A stretch of DNA of 58,633 nt, filler included, from Sphacelaria rigidula (taxonomy: Eukaryota): the NCBI GenBank assembly GCA_964200075.2. It is 8 parts of 8 records of this genome, joined end to end, with 100 filler letters (N's around TTAATTAATTAA, not from the genome) between each part and the next. Parts side by side here need not be neighbours in the genome. Positions count along the whole stretch, not along the records: positions 22,027 to 29,268 come from CAXNAA020015802.1; positions 29,369 to 36,610 come from CAXNAA020015803.1; positions 36,711 to 43,951 come from CAXNAA020015804.1; 5 more parts are not named here. One strand, given 5' to 3'. The position numbers and the translations under genes were made by a program. The notes beneath the pieces were generated by a model. The model did not search any database, was not told the DNA's origin, and saw nothing but the letters and a program-made list of their open reading frames with translations. This document shows positions 26,201 to 38,232 of the stretch, in pieces (position 1 is the stretch's first letter; every line of letters starts with the position of its first letter).

Positions 26201-28149
26201 GAAAATCATCGTTCAATCGAACATGTTCCGTGCGGAGATCGATACTCGCGCTTTGTGGAGATGAAAATGGCGGACGAGCGGAGATACTTACTTCAATAGA
26301 TTGACCTTCGCACGAGTATGATCATTTACACTACGCACACACCATCATGTGCACATGCCAACTTTCGGAACACTGCTGTCTTCGTCTCTCACGAACATCA
26401 CTCGTTCTCAAAGTAGTGCAATCTTTTTGCTCACCTAGTGCAGTCCCCGTTCTGGTTGCTCCGAAAATCCACCGCCCGTCTGCTGCACTAGTCTCTCCGC
26501 AATTACCGTTACATGCAATGTCTAGCTCATCTATGATGAACCACTGTCCGTCGTTTTGGTTCGGCTCACTCGAGCCAGTTCCTGGGTTGTCTAGTGGCAA
26601 ACACTTGTCACTGCTGGAGCCATCACGGGGGCCCTCAAGCGGCGAACACTCGATGTCACCCTTCGGGTGACAGGTAGACGTGGCCCAGTGGTGAATCTCG
26701 CTCGCTGCTAACCCTCCGAGGAGGAAATCGACCGCCGGTACTGAAATACGTGCGAGCGCGGCCAGCCGGAGACATATCTGCTCGTCCAATAGATCTGTCT
26801 CGGGGGCGAAGCCCTTGGGGACCTACGGTATTGCACGTCAATATCGGCGGGGACAACGTCGTTAAGATTCAAACGATAATATTCAACTGTAATCAAGTGG
26901 ATTTTTTTTTTTTCATGTGTCGCACTTTGAACCCCTCCCCTTCCTCGAGACGAGTCCGTGGTCTCAAGGGATTAATCCATCTCTCGACGGTGCTCCGTCT
27001 CGAAAGGGATGCGTGGTCAATGGTCAAACGACTAAGGCAAGCAACAAATGAGTACGCCCCGGTACACGCCTTGCATTTTGGTCTCGCGGATTGGATCATG
27101 ACCATCAGCACTCTCGCACCGCGTCAACTCACGTCAAAACAAACTCAGTCGACTACTTTGTTTACTCACGTTCTCATGCTTCCAAGGTGGAAATCAGATA
27201 CTACGAAGAAAAAACCAAACGCATCGGGAATCGAACCCTCGTTCTCTCCACCCTAATGGCGACAGTCGGACGATTACACCGCCGGGGCGCGGCGGCGTAT
27301 AAAGGTATGAAAGTCGAGGAGTCGGAAATGGTAAGTGTTGTCCGACTGCTATGTCGAATGTTCTTGCTTGCTTGGCGCTACTCCTGCTGTGTCGGTCAAT
27401 CAAGCTCAGAACTGTTTCACGTGTCTTGTAGCTGGTAGCACACCCGCGCATTAAAAAGTGGGTCCGGGGTGATTTTTTTATGCCAGAGGATCTGTTGACG
27501 TACGTATATTATAAGCAGGTAAGCAGTACGGTAAGACTCCACTTCCAAACACTCCCGCCTCAAATGTTTTGTGTGTCGAGTAGAACATCGAAGGATAAGC
27601 GTGCCAGTCGCGACAGCTGAACGTTGTGCATCTGTACTTGTGCAAGCGCTATCCCTCTACGTGAAGGCTTACACTCGCATTTCTCTCCGTCTCCACCAGC
27701 TCTTTGGCTATTCGGACCACCTCCTGTGCATGATCTCGGTCGAACGCAAGTGGAAGGTGTCCGTGTTCCTGCGTGAACACGTGCAGCGCCTGGAGGCAGA
27801 TGTGCAGCTGTAACCGTCGATCTGACATTCCAACTGGCGCAACAGCTGCAGCGTCCACAGCAGAATCAGATCGTTGCTGCGTCCCCCCTGGCCTCCGCGC
27901 ACGCCTTGATGTACCACTCGAATCCTGGACCCCAGCGTCACAAGCTCTTCTCTCAGCGACTGCTTCCGGCCAATCCGAAAAACTTGTTGGTCGCATGTGC
28001 ACGCAAGTGGTATCGTCTAGGTCGGCGGTGAAGCGGGGGTTCAGGAGTGCCTCTCTCAGGCTCCCTGAGTTTCCACTTAGGTCAAGAAACAGCCGACCGA
28101 CAGGACCTCTTGACTCGGTGAAAATAAATCCGCATCCCACTGCTCGGCA
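23300..28149 (-). CDS. Divergent ubiquitin-activating enzyme E1 (UBA1/UBA6-like), partial, with atypical domain content
   Basis: Exons: 28149-27673 (CRAVGCGFIFTESRGPVGRLFLDL...SLREALLNPRF...LQLHICLQALHVF), 26822-26435 (LDEQICLRLAALARISVPAVDFLLGGLAASEI...QWFIIDELD), 26065-~25715 (KIQDARVAIIGCNRLGREVARCLANSGVCSGPSGRVIFID; 3' boundary uncertain), ~24824-24492 (FVCHKCVLHRKPLV) and 24130-23300 (AVAGLIMIELFKLL...VRAVPEGFTEW...ITLRTL...FGLEITSV). These are colinear with recalled UBA1 motifs RGLFGQLFCD, QLHIGFQALH, IGGLAAQEV, RCVYYRKPLL, AVVGLVCLELYK and the UFD. Confidence 0.8.
26902..27297 (-). mobile_element. tRNA-derived SINE-like element (intronic in the E1-like gene)
   Basis: Reverse complement of 402-722, with the B-box read on the plus strand as GGGAATCGAACCC and poly(T) at the left end. 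It carries an extra ~70-bp insert. Confidence 0.72.
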
Positions 28150-28489
28150 CTGTGATGAAGAAAAACGAAAGAGATGGACGCCCCCGATGGAGGCCACGTT
28201 CGGAGGTCGTACTCGTTATCATGCTGAGTATTAGTAAGGGAAGTTGATTGACGATTCCGCTCTCAACACAGAATTTTACATATTGGAGATTGATGTTTTT
28301 TGAGGATGAATCTTGGGGACCTTCGTGAGTATCGAAATAAGAAACGCAAATGTGCTATTCAGCCGTGATATGTGGCTTTGCTCACCCTCCAAAAACAAAG
28401 TGTCTACAATAAGCTATTATTTGGGGTTCTACAGATTATTGAGGGTGTTTTTTTTTCAGAATGGGCAGTGAGAACCTTCCACCTATCGG

Positions 28490-29000
28490 ACGAGTCATTA
28501 CTCGTCGAAACGAGTGCACTCGTCAATGTTTTTTTTTTAAATACCACGAGCATGACTCGCGTGCTCGAGCCGTTGACATTTTAACCTCGAGCAACGACTC
28601 GAGTATTTGCCCTATTAATTTTTTCCACCACGAGCAATGACTGAAGTACTCGCCACCTTTGTTTTTCCACCGCGAGCGACACTTTCTACGATAGCCCCCC
28701 CCAAAAAAAGTGCATGGTTTGGGGAGGCAAAGTCTTCACGTAAATCGAAATGAGAAAAGCCGAGCACAACAAGCAGCTGGGAATTCCCACGCTTGGGCTC
28801 GTTCTAGCCAATGTCGCCAATATGAGGCGCTTCATGCAGCCTGAACGCAAACATCAGGCGCTGTATGGTCATTTTTTTCGTGGCACTTTTGAGCTGGATT
28901 TTTTTGGGGGGGGGGCTATCGTAGAGAGTGTCGCGCAATGACTCGACTGCTCGCCATATTAATTTTCTTTCACCACGGGCAATGACTCGAGTATTCGCCC
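28490..29000. repeat. Degenerate ~45-bp minisatellite (TTTTCCACCACGAGCAATGACTCGAGTATTCGCC-like) interrupted by a MITE
   Basis: Several imperfect units occur on both sides of 28676-28934. Confidence 0.65.
28676..28934. mobile_element. MITE family C (~260 bp)
   Basis: Terminal inverted repeats GCGACACTTTCTACGATAGCCCCCCCC and GGGGGGGGGCTATCGTAGAGAGTGTCGC. The internal sequence is related to ~8610-8830 and ~50975-51215 in opposite orientation. Confidence 0.72.
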
Positions 29001-30677
29001 TAATAGGACCGATTCTCAAAAATGGGGTCGAAGACCAAAATGAGATTCAAATGGCGTAACTGTTTTTCAAGAAAGGTGCGAAACAATTACACCAAGAGAG
29101 GGCATCTTCCCCCGAAAATAATACGAGTATGCAGCAGTTACGTATGCAGGACGTAGCTCCAGCTCTATCTAACTGCATATATTTCTTTGTATTGAGCAGG
29201 TGTGGCTAGGTGCACCGAACGAATGCGGTGTACACGCGTGTCGATGACGATATCACCAGAGAGAGGCGNNNNNNNNNNNNNNNNNNNNNNNNNNNNNNNN
29301 NNNNNNNNNNNNTTAATTAATTAANNNNNNNNNNNNNNNNNNNNNNNNNNNNNNNNNNNNNNNNNNNNTACCGCGCGCTCGTCTATTGCACATAGATGTG
29401 TGTGAGCGTTGCCGGCATCCGAGATCATCGGGACAGGGCGGGCAAGGAGCAGAAGCAAATATACGAACCTCGCAAAGCCTGCCAGACATTTTGGTTTCTG
29501 CAGTGTTTGTTGATCAATTTATTTCAAAACTAGTTAAAAAATAATCATGACATTTTGGTTTTTTCATGCCCTCCGGGAGGAGAGGGGGAAAGGGGGGGGG
29601 GTCCTTGTCCGAAACCTTTCTCTGGACAGACCCTTGGATGAAGCATACAGTACTGCCAGTAAAATCGAATAGATGATGCCAATACTTGAGGCTTTTTGTG
29701 CGGCAAATACTTTCTTTTTTCCTGCCGAAGATTAACTGAGTACTCGCAATGGTATCCGGCGAAAGAGCTACGGACCAAGGGAAAATGGTGCTTGTATCCA
29801 TCATTTGCGAACAAACACAGCTGCACCTGCTAGGTTCAGCTTCTACTCGCAATAAACCATGCGGCATCGAGTTGCATATCTCCCTCCAAAACGAGCTGCT
29901 TACGTGGAGTGCAACCAGATCACTCTCCCCAACACCGAACCCGTGACATTCTGACAACACCAGTACTAACTCGATGGATCAGGTGTTCAACATCCCGCGG
30001 ACGATGATACGGAGGGGATCGGGAACATCGGAGGTGGCCGGGTCTCCACCGTCGGTAAACATTGGGGCGAAGACGACAGTAGCAGTACAGCCGAGGACAC
30101 AACGGTGGGAAGAAGTGACGCAGACAGCAGTAGTAATAAAAAGGTGGTACAACGTGGTTCCGGGGACAGTTCAGCAACAAACGAGAAAAGTAGGGTTTCC
30201 GATTCTCGCGAAAATAGTAGCAGCAGGACTAGCGGGGTTGGTTCGGCAGGCTCTGGCAGTAGCAGTGTCGAAAGGACTGGGGAGAGAGAGACTCTTAGTA
30301 CGGATGGCTGGGGTGACGGTCGGGAAATACAGCCACGGTGACAATCCGGCCACGGTGACATTTTATTGCAGGGTGCAGTCGGAGTAACGGTATCGGTGAC
30401 GACAGTTTGTGTTCGGAAGAGGTTGAGAGAAGATACTCGTCAGCAGGGGCGGCATGACGAGCCTGCGACAACTGGTCTTGGCTTTTGATTCTGTGGTGAC
30501 TACAATGCTTTTGATGGATCTTTCGATGGACAGGCGGGTTGGCGGGAGGAGCAAATTACACTCACTGTCTTTGTTTCTGACTTTGCTGCTGTACCGTCGT
30601 GCGCGTTTGTTTATGTACCGTGGTATTTCCAGTGGAGTCGGTTTCTTGTTAAGGTTTTTCCGTGTGTACATGTCGTC

Positions 30678-30924
30678 TGTGACGGCGGCCAGGAGAAGAA
30701 CTGGTGGATCACTGTGTTGAGGGACTCCCCACTCTTACTGGCCTCAGTTTCAGTTGTCAGCCTTTACAACATTCTCATTATCATGGAGTACCGTTCCAAG
30801 GCACCCTCCCAGACAAGCCAGGGCATCAAACTAGTGTCCCCGGTCATTATCCAGATCACCACTACCAACGGTCATTCTCCAGATCATCACTACCAACTCA
30901 ACGTAACGGCGTAGTTTTGTCTCA
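30678..30924 (-). repeat. 3' LTR of the Gypsy element
   Basis: TG...CA ends, homologous to 34951-35169. Carries an internal 28-bp tandem duplication (30842-30897) that is absent from the other LTR. Confidence 0.9.
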
Positions 30925-30998
30925 TCACCCCCAAAGCGTGTTGGACGAAAATCGATCAACAAGCTTGACACATAGAGAACGTCAAAACGATGAGTAAG

Positions 30999-33709
30999 TC
31001 ACAACTGAATACGAAACTCACTCGTAATGCGAGCAGCAACGGCACGAGTCACGCGCAATTTACGCAACTCCTTTGTAAAAAATTCCGTAGCGGCCTCAAA
31101 CATATCCTTGAAAGGCTGCCACGTACGTTCCTTCACTTCGAAACCAACCCAGTCGACCAACACGGTCAACTTACGGTCGTCTGCCTCTGCTACTCGGACA
31201 ATACCAGCCACCTGAAATTGCCCCTGATTCAAAGCATAATGGAACACGTCCTTAGCGTCAACCGCAACATTAAGCTACGAGTCTGCAAAATAATGCAAAC
31301 GAGCTACATGGGCGGTCTGAACACGACCCGAAACAATGTTTTGAATCTCAAACACATGCGGGTGATGAGCCCCAACCACTCTCCATGGACCAGTCCACGT
31401 ACACAGCCAATCATCTCGTGGTACGGCGTACTATCGTAACCACGACGATACGCTGTATTGAGCGCCCATTTCACCGCAGGCAACACGTTCACCCACTCGA
31501 AGACCGCTCTACGTTGCTCGAAAAGAATAGAGCGAAGAGCACGAACTACTTCCTTGACCATGCGTTCGCACGTGCCGTTAAACCACGGAAAATACGCCAC
31601 CGCAAACTGGTGATAAACGTGCAAAACCTCTTGCAATCGAGCCAAGATCGCATTCTTCAAATGCGTGGCGGTATCACACACCCACACACGCGGCACCCCC
31701 AAAGTTTTGCACCAATCGAGCAAAAATGCAGCAGTCGATTCAGCAGTACACCCTGCTAATGGCTGCCGAGAAACGAAGTTGCTCAAATCATCCATGATTA
31801 CCAAAATGTTTCGAAACCCAGCATCCTCCGACATACCTTGGGAAGCTAGCGGGCCACCTCGCCCACGTACAAGAAGTCAAAATGAACGACTTCATTTGGC
31901 ACGGTCTCATGGGCCCTTTTACCGAGCGGGCGGGGAACAACAGCGCCCGCCCTCGAGTTAGCACAGTGAAGACAATTGTGGACGAATTCGCGCACATGAG
32001 TTTCTATCCCCTGCCAAACACCAAACACTTGCAAACGCACGAGCGTCGCAGTCACATCACGATGCCCGGCGTCGCGCATGCGCGCGAAAATCATTAGACG
32101 TACCTGCAACTGCTTGTCATAACTCGGAATCCTCGAAACGTTTCGGCCACGCACATGCACCCGAAACAGATTATCATTGTCCAAGATAGCAGTACCAACG
32201 TTCGACTCGAAAGATTGCACATCTGCATCCTCGGCCCCAAGGTCTTTTCGTTGCGCTTGGCGGACAACCGATTTGGACGGCATCGAGTCACCAGGTTCAC
32301 ACAGACTATACACAGCCACCGTGCGCACAGGCAAAGCCGGAATATTCACCCAACGCGAAAGCAAGTCACCCCACGCGTTATGTTCACCCGAAATATGGCA
32401 AATCGAGTAAGGATTCTGGCCAAGAACAGCTTTCCAATCCTCCAAACGTTGCCAATGCCTTCGACACAGACGTAACGCATACTTCCGCATTGAAAATATA
32501 CACGAGATTTCGGTGATCCGTGAACATGTGCACGCCATCCCACGAGAGATGCTCCAAACGGCGATAAGTGCTCACGATGGCAGAACCTTCCTTGCCAATT
32601 GTGACCCAACGCAACTGCGAACCCTTGAAAGTACCACTGAGGGAAGCCAGCGGTTCGTGCGTCATATCCACAACCGGCTGGCGTCTTTGCATTTCAGCTG
32701 TAGGCACCTGCGTGGCGAACCTACCCCAATGGCACTCAGATGCATCCGGAAACATTAATATCTGACAATCAGGACGAGGATGGAGCAGCGTCACGGCATA
32801 ACCCACCAGATCCTTCGCGGCCGCCGACGCCTGCAGCCTGCCCTCCGTCCACGATGCAGCCTTCTTCAAAAACGCCATATCTGGACTGGACCACCCCCCC
32901 TGCAAATTCCGTTATACCAACCCGAGCGCCAAAAAAGCCGCCATACACGACGACAACTAACTCGACTTCACTGGATCGTACCGCCGCGGCTTCGTCTTCG
33001 CCGCGGACGCCCCAGGTTTTAGCTGAACTCGCATGGGCTCCACGCGCGCAGGGGGATCACCCCACAGCGCACGACGAAATGCGTTGACGCGGCGCGCGCA
33101 GGCGCTCCGTTTTCGAGGCGTCGAGGTCTTTCGCCATATATCCGTCACGTTCTCCTCAAGCGCGACCTCCCGAGCGAACCCTTCTTCCGCCGGAACCACA
33201 AATATCTCCGGGCCGCGCTCTACCAAGCGTTCCCCCGCCGCCTCCCGCTCCTCGGTCACCTGCTCCCCAGCCTTCTGAGAGGCATCCACCGATAAGTTCA
33301 CGCAACGACAACCCCAAAAAGCGGGCGTGCCCAAGCGTGGACCAAGCGGAGACATCCGCGGCTTCATGGAGCCCCGCAACCGCCGAGCGTCGACTCCAAG
33401 ATCCTGAAACGTCGGCAACCCTGGGAAAATGACGCCATCCGACCCCGGCATGATCGCAAACGAGATCGGAGGCAACGGCGCCGGCTCCCAGGAAGTCGTG
33501 GAAGTCAGCTGCAGCGGAACAGTACGCTCTGTGACGTAAACATGCTGACCGACGCGGTGACGGCCTGCCGCGCCCCGAGCGAAAACGGCTTGCGCAGCGG
33601 CACACCCGGGAGAAGACGCTTCAGCATCTCTACAATCTGTACCGACAGACTCACATGACCCGTCAAGTGGGCGCCATAACCCACTTAGCCCGAACCGCAA
33701 TGGCTCCAC
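30999..33709 (-). pseudogene. Gypsy pol remnant (protease region, truncated RT, RNase H, integrase, chromodomain)
   Basis: Fragmented ORFs 32957-33709, 32384-32905, 31846-32538, 31304-31834 and 30999-31247 carry successive pol motifs in Gypsy order. Confidence 0.88.
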
Positions 33710-34118
33710 GCTCCCGTTGATTTGGAAGACACAGCTTCGCAGAAACTTTTTTGTGCACAGACTCTACTGGCACTATATTCGCCGACCGATGCGCCGCTAA
33801 TCCCACTTGACGCCACGGCTGCGCAAGCTGCGCGGGCGAAGACGCCCCGGCAGGTTGAAACGGCACCGCCGGCGGGTACGACCTCCAGCCAGCAGACCAA
33901 GAATTTGGCGAACCTCTGACCAGCGCATCAGCAGGCGTCGCGCCTGGCGCTACTGCCGGTGTCGTCACCGGCGCCACCATCGGCGCCTGCGCAGTGTTCG
34001 ACACCGTAGAAGTCGGTCTCACCTGCACCACCCGTTGCGGAGCAGCAGCACCTACAGAGGCGTCGGACCCGGAATCAGATCCATGCTGACGCCTCTGCCC
34101 CTGCTGGTGCTACTGGTG

Positions 34119-34700
34119 CTACTGGTGCTGCTGGTGTTGCTGGTGCTGAGGACTCGACTGCGACCCTCCACCGCCGGAGGGTCCGCCGCCACCACCACCC
34201 CGATTACCTCGTCCTTTGCACTTGTGCTGCCGATGCTGATGGCGCCTGGCATGAGACTGCCCAGACTCTCCACCGAAAGACGTTGGGCAATCGCGCGCGT
34301 AATGGACGACCTGGCCACAACAGTGGCAAGTGCCCGCCGCATGTCCAGCATGCTTTTGTATCGCCGTATCCAGTTGTGGCGGGTTGATTGTGCTCGTTTC
34401 ATGTTCCACACGCGCAAACATTCTTTGCACAAACGTCGGTACTTGTTGAGCCATCGACACTACCTGGTGTCGCACTGCACCCTCTGTGTTAGCGTGCTCC
34501 ACACGCTTTCTGTACTCCGAGTACTTCGTATAAAAAGTGCGAGATGCACTCTCGGAGTACCTATCCCCGTACTGGGGAGGTCGCAACTATTCCCGCATGA
34601 CCACGGGCGTCACGCTGGTCGTACTACACGAGCCGGTCGCCATAGCTGCAACCGGTCAACTGCGAACCTTTCGCAGGCCAGCGGACCTTCGCAAATTGCA
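34119..34700 (-). pseudogene. Gypsy gag remnant
   Basis: ORF 34119-34586 contains a CCHC zinc knuckle (TCHCCGQVVHYARDCP). It ends in a 9-bp minisatellite (CTGGTGCTA-like) near 34103-34148. Confidence 0.75.
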
Positions 34701-34950
34701 CACCTTCTTGCTTCGTCGCCGCACCACACAGAAGCCTTCAAACTCCCACTGCACACAACTTCAGCAAGTCTTCACTCTGAATAAATGACAGGTCAGCCGC
34801 CTTTCTGCAGCTACCATCAGCTTGAACCCCCTTCACGCGTCCGTGATGCTTCAGGTTGTCCCCAGCCACCAGACTCTCCGCCGAAATATCCTTCCACCAG
34901 GTTTTGCTAGGTACTAGTTTTAGCACCATCACTAGCACTCGTATCGATAT

Positions 34951-35169
34951 TGTGACGCCAGCCAGGAGAAGAACTGTTGGATCACTGCTGTTGAGAGATT
35001 CCCCACTCTTACTGACCTCAGTTGCAGTTGTCAGCTTTAACAACATTCTCATTATCATGGAGTGCCGTTCCAAGGCACCCTCCTAGGCACGCCATGGTAT
35101 CAACCTAGTGTCCCCGATCATTATCCAGATCATCACTACCAACTCAACGTAACGCTGTAGTTTCGCACC
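34951..35169 (-). repeat. 5' LTR of the Gypsy element
   Basis: Direct repeat of 30678-30924 with many substitutions. Confidence 0.9.
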
Positions 35170-38100
35170 CGTCTTAGTGTCGATATGTGATTTACCGTAT
35201 TCTTCTATAATAGATAGCACACGATATTGTCGATTCTCTTACAGAAAAATGAAATAGCACACGCTCAGTCAGCGACCGAACGTAGAGCTTGGTTCATGTC
35301 AGAGCTGGCGTGTGATGTATGTATGTATGTGCTTTTTGCCAATCTCCCGGTGGAGTGCCGATGGGCACGGTGCCATCACCAAATGTTGCAGGCTCTGTAC
35401 CTAGCAGGGACACCACACTGACAGTGCGGATTCCTCATGCTTTTGCCCCCCCCATCCCAACTCACCTCGGCACTATGAGAAGCTGTCGGAAAGACAGCTG
35501 CGCATGTGCTATTGTGACCGTTTCCAGCAAGCCCTATCTCGCTGCTGGGGTCGGGCTTGCTGCATTTACGCCCTTCCCCACGAGTTGAGTCGTGCATATT
35601 ATCACTTCCACGTATACTACCAACGTACGTCACGCGACACTCGTTCGCGCGCAGAGCTGGAGGAATGGTGACGGTAGAAACCTATAGAACAGATGAGTGC
35701 GGATACGTGTGTATTTGGCGATTGAGCTAGCATGTTGTCCCAACACGTCGTTGAAAAAACGCACCGGGTACAATTCCTAGCAGCGAGAGTGGAATAGTGG
35801 GTGTAATTGCATAGAACCCAAGGAGTCTTGGATATCGAACGAACGCTCGTCGGAAAGGGCGTTGGTAGTTTCGCTCAGTGTCCATATACGAATATCCGCG
35901 CTTGGGCAAAAACGAATCCGAAATGACACAGTGAAGGTGATGTTTTTGGCGAACTATGGGCAGTCAGTATTGCCTGAGGAAGGCGCTGGCCGATCCTCTT
36001 CATGGAGATTTTCCGAGGTTTAGGTCAACACACTCCGAAACAATCAAAGGCTTACTACTCTTACTCTCACGATTTTGAACAATAGTGTCCGAAAACTGCC
36101 GGCATACGGAAAAACGAGAAAGCGTCGTGGACAGAAAAGGTCTCCAACTCCCTCTCCGCAAGTTAAAAACTACATCCATATCCACTGCGGAGCGTGTAGT
36201 AGCCTTATCGGCAAAGGAAAGCTGGCCGCTGTATACGCCACACCGCTAGCCGTGAGCAGCTGCCATCCAGCTAGACCACTCTGCGAATACGATACCACAC
36301 ACCCCCAAACCGTATAGCTACAGGGATACCTTAAGGCAACGGTCACAAGATTGCGTTATGGTGAGCGTGGTGGCACATACTCAATGATTACAGACGTTGT
36401 GGTGAAGCAAACTGAAGATGGGTCGAAAAGGTTAGATTCTGCCGTGCACACTACCTAGTTCTTCACGATGCCGACGCTCCAGAACATTGGTGTATCTACC
36501 CCCGAGTGATGCCGCGATACCCCTACCCCTACTGGTGAGGCACCCATGAGGCAGTGTATAAGCCGTGGCTGTCTCTGGAAGTGGCGATACCAGAAAATAA
36601 AGCAACTCATNNNNNNNNNNNNNNNNNNNNNNNNNNNNNNNNNNNNNNNNNNNNTTAATTAATTAANNNNNNNNNNNNNNNNNNNNNNNNNNNNNNNNNN
36701 NNNNNNNNNNGTGCAAGACAGATATGCCACTTCAACCCCATATTTTGTATGAACCCCAAAATATAAAATCGGCTGTTGATTGTTGTTGTGACACGTGGGG
36801 CAGTGCTCCGAGCTGACGGAACCAATACAAGGTCGAACGCGTTACAGTAGTGAGCGTCAGACGTATGCAAAATCCGTAATTTCTTAGTTTCCCAAAGATT
36901 TTCCAAATTTGTTTCGCTTGCCACCGCTCATCACAGTGACTGTTGGATGCCAAAAAATGGGCATCTGGAGATATGTTGATCTTCTGAACAAATATCGAAA
37001 GAAAAATATCAATGTTCAGTGTCTTACGGGCTTGACCGATCTTCGGGGGTCCTGCGCAAGTGCAACCCCGGGCTCTAGCTTTTCAGTATTTTCGGTGGAC
37101 CGACTCGATCCCGATGATACAAGTGAAGCCTCGAAAAGGATGATTTTTTTCAGTTCCATCTATTCACTACGCTGAAGCGGTAAGACTATGTTTCTTTGAC
37201 CATTCACGGCCATTAACACCCACCTGATAAACGGGGTATCTAGTTCGTATCGCCCCCACAACACCAACTTGGGCGTTTTGATTTGAGCACGGTCTGCTTA
37301 TTTTGCCAAAACTACCGACACTAGCACTTTCGAGTTCTCATGGAAATGTTATGCGAAAGACCCCCGAAAAAAGCCCATCCGCAGAAATGCTAGACTGAGG
37401 TCTGTGCAGTATAGGAGGGAAACACGATCTCGATCGTTATTGTGAAGAGTTGTATACGTATTCAGTCATCGGAACATTTGCCGTTTTGGTGCGGAAGAGG
37501 CGGTCAATGAATTGTACCAAAACGGTCAATAGCACCCTCCTGATAAACGGTGTATCTCGTCCGTATCGCCCCAAAAACACCAACTTGGGCACTGCAGTTT
37601 GAGCGCGGCCTACGTTTCCCCCCTAAAACTATCGGCGCTAGCACTTTCAAGTAGTAATGGAGCATAGTACTTAAGAAAAACTCAAACACTACAACAACCA
37701 CGAATTCTAAAGATTTCTGATGCTGACTATTATGGATCGTATCATATGCCATCTCCTCTTTTGAAATAATATGAAGGAAATCAATTTACTCGTGAGACAG
37801 TCCCTCGCTGTTCACCCATCTGGACTGACGAGCCACCCGTACATAGCCGGTATGAAATTAATGCTTTTCTCAAGGGGTTTCCAGCGCAGGCTTGACCATC
37901 TGTGCATTCTCAGACCAAGGGCTCCAAAACACTTCATGACTCATCTCGTGACAGAAAAATGAGGTTGTAGCTGCCTTCTCGACTTCTACGAATGCACACG
38001 TGGCACCGGCGTCGGCGCAATGCCTGTGAGTAGAGCCTCATACCAGTCACGTGCTGTAATTCGTCATCCCACACGGCCTACAGAAGTAAAGAAATTGCAT

Positions 38101-38232
38101 GTCGGTTGTGCATCATCACCTATTAAGCCAGTTCCAATTGTCAAATTGGTTGTTGTCTCAGGCTATTCCAGATCCGGTATTGGATTTCTGTGACAGAAAA
38201 ACGAGAAGAACTTTACGAGAACCGCTCAAAAC

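Larger units (their letters stand above)
30678..35169 (-). mobile_element. Degenerate Ty3/Gypsy LTR retrotransposon with chromodomain
   Basis: Direct-repeat LTRs at 30678-30924 and 34951-~35169, both starting TGTGACG on the plus strand. Candidate TSD CGTC at 30674-30677 and 35170-35173. PPT-like GGGGGTGA abuts the 3' LTR. Internal remnants: gag zinc knuckle (CHCCGQVVHYARDC), RNase H (MFPDAS...FTDHRNLVYIF), integrase (GHR...CLHC, VIMDDLSNF, NGTCERMVKE) and chromodomain (VLVDWVGFEVKERTWQP). Many frameshifts and stops. Confidence 0.93.

Noticed and set aside
29940-30677. Second, older LTR element hosting the Gypsy insertion
   Set aside because: The sequence is repeat-like, but I found no paired LTR or retroelement protein motif to support it.
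33807-34784. 325-aa plus-strand ORF
   Set aside because: It is antisense to the Gypsy gag region and of low complexity.
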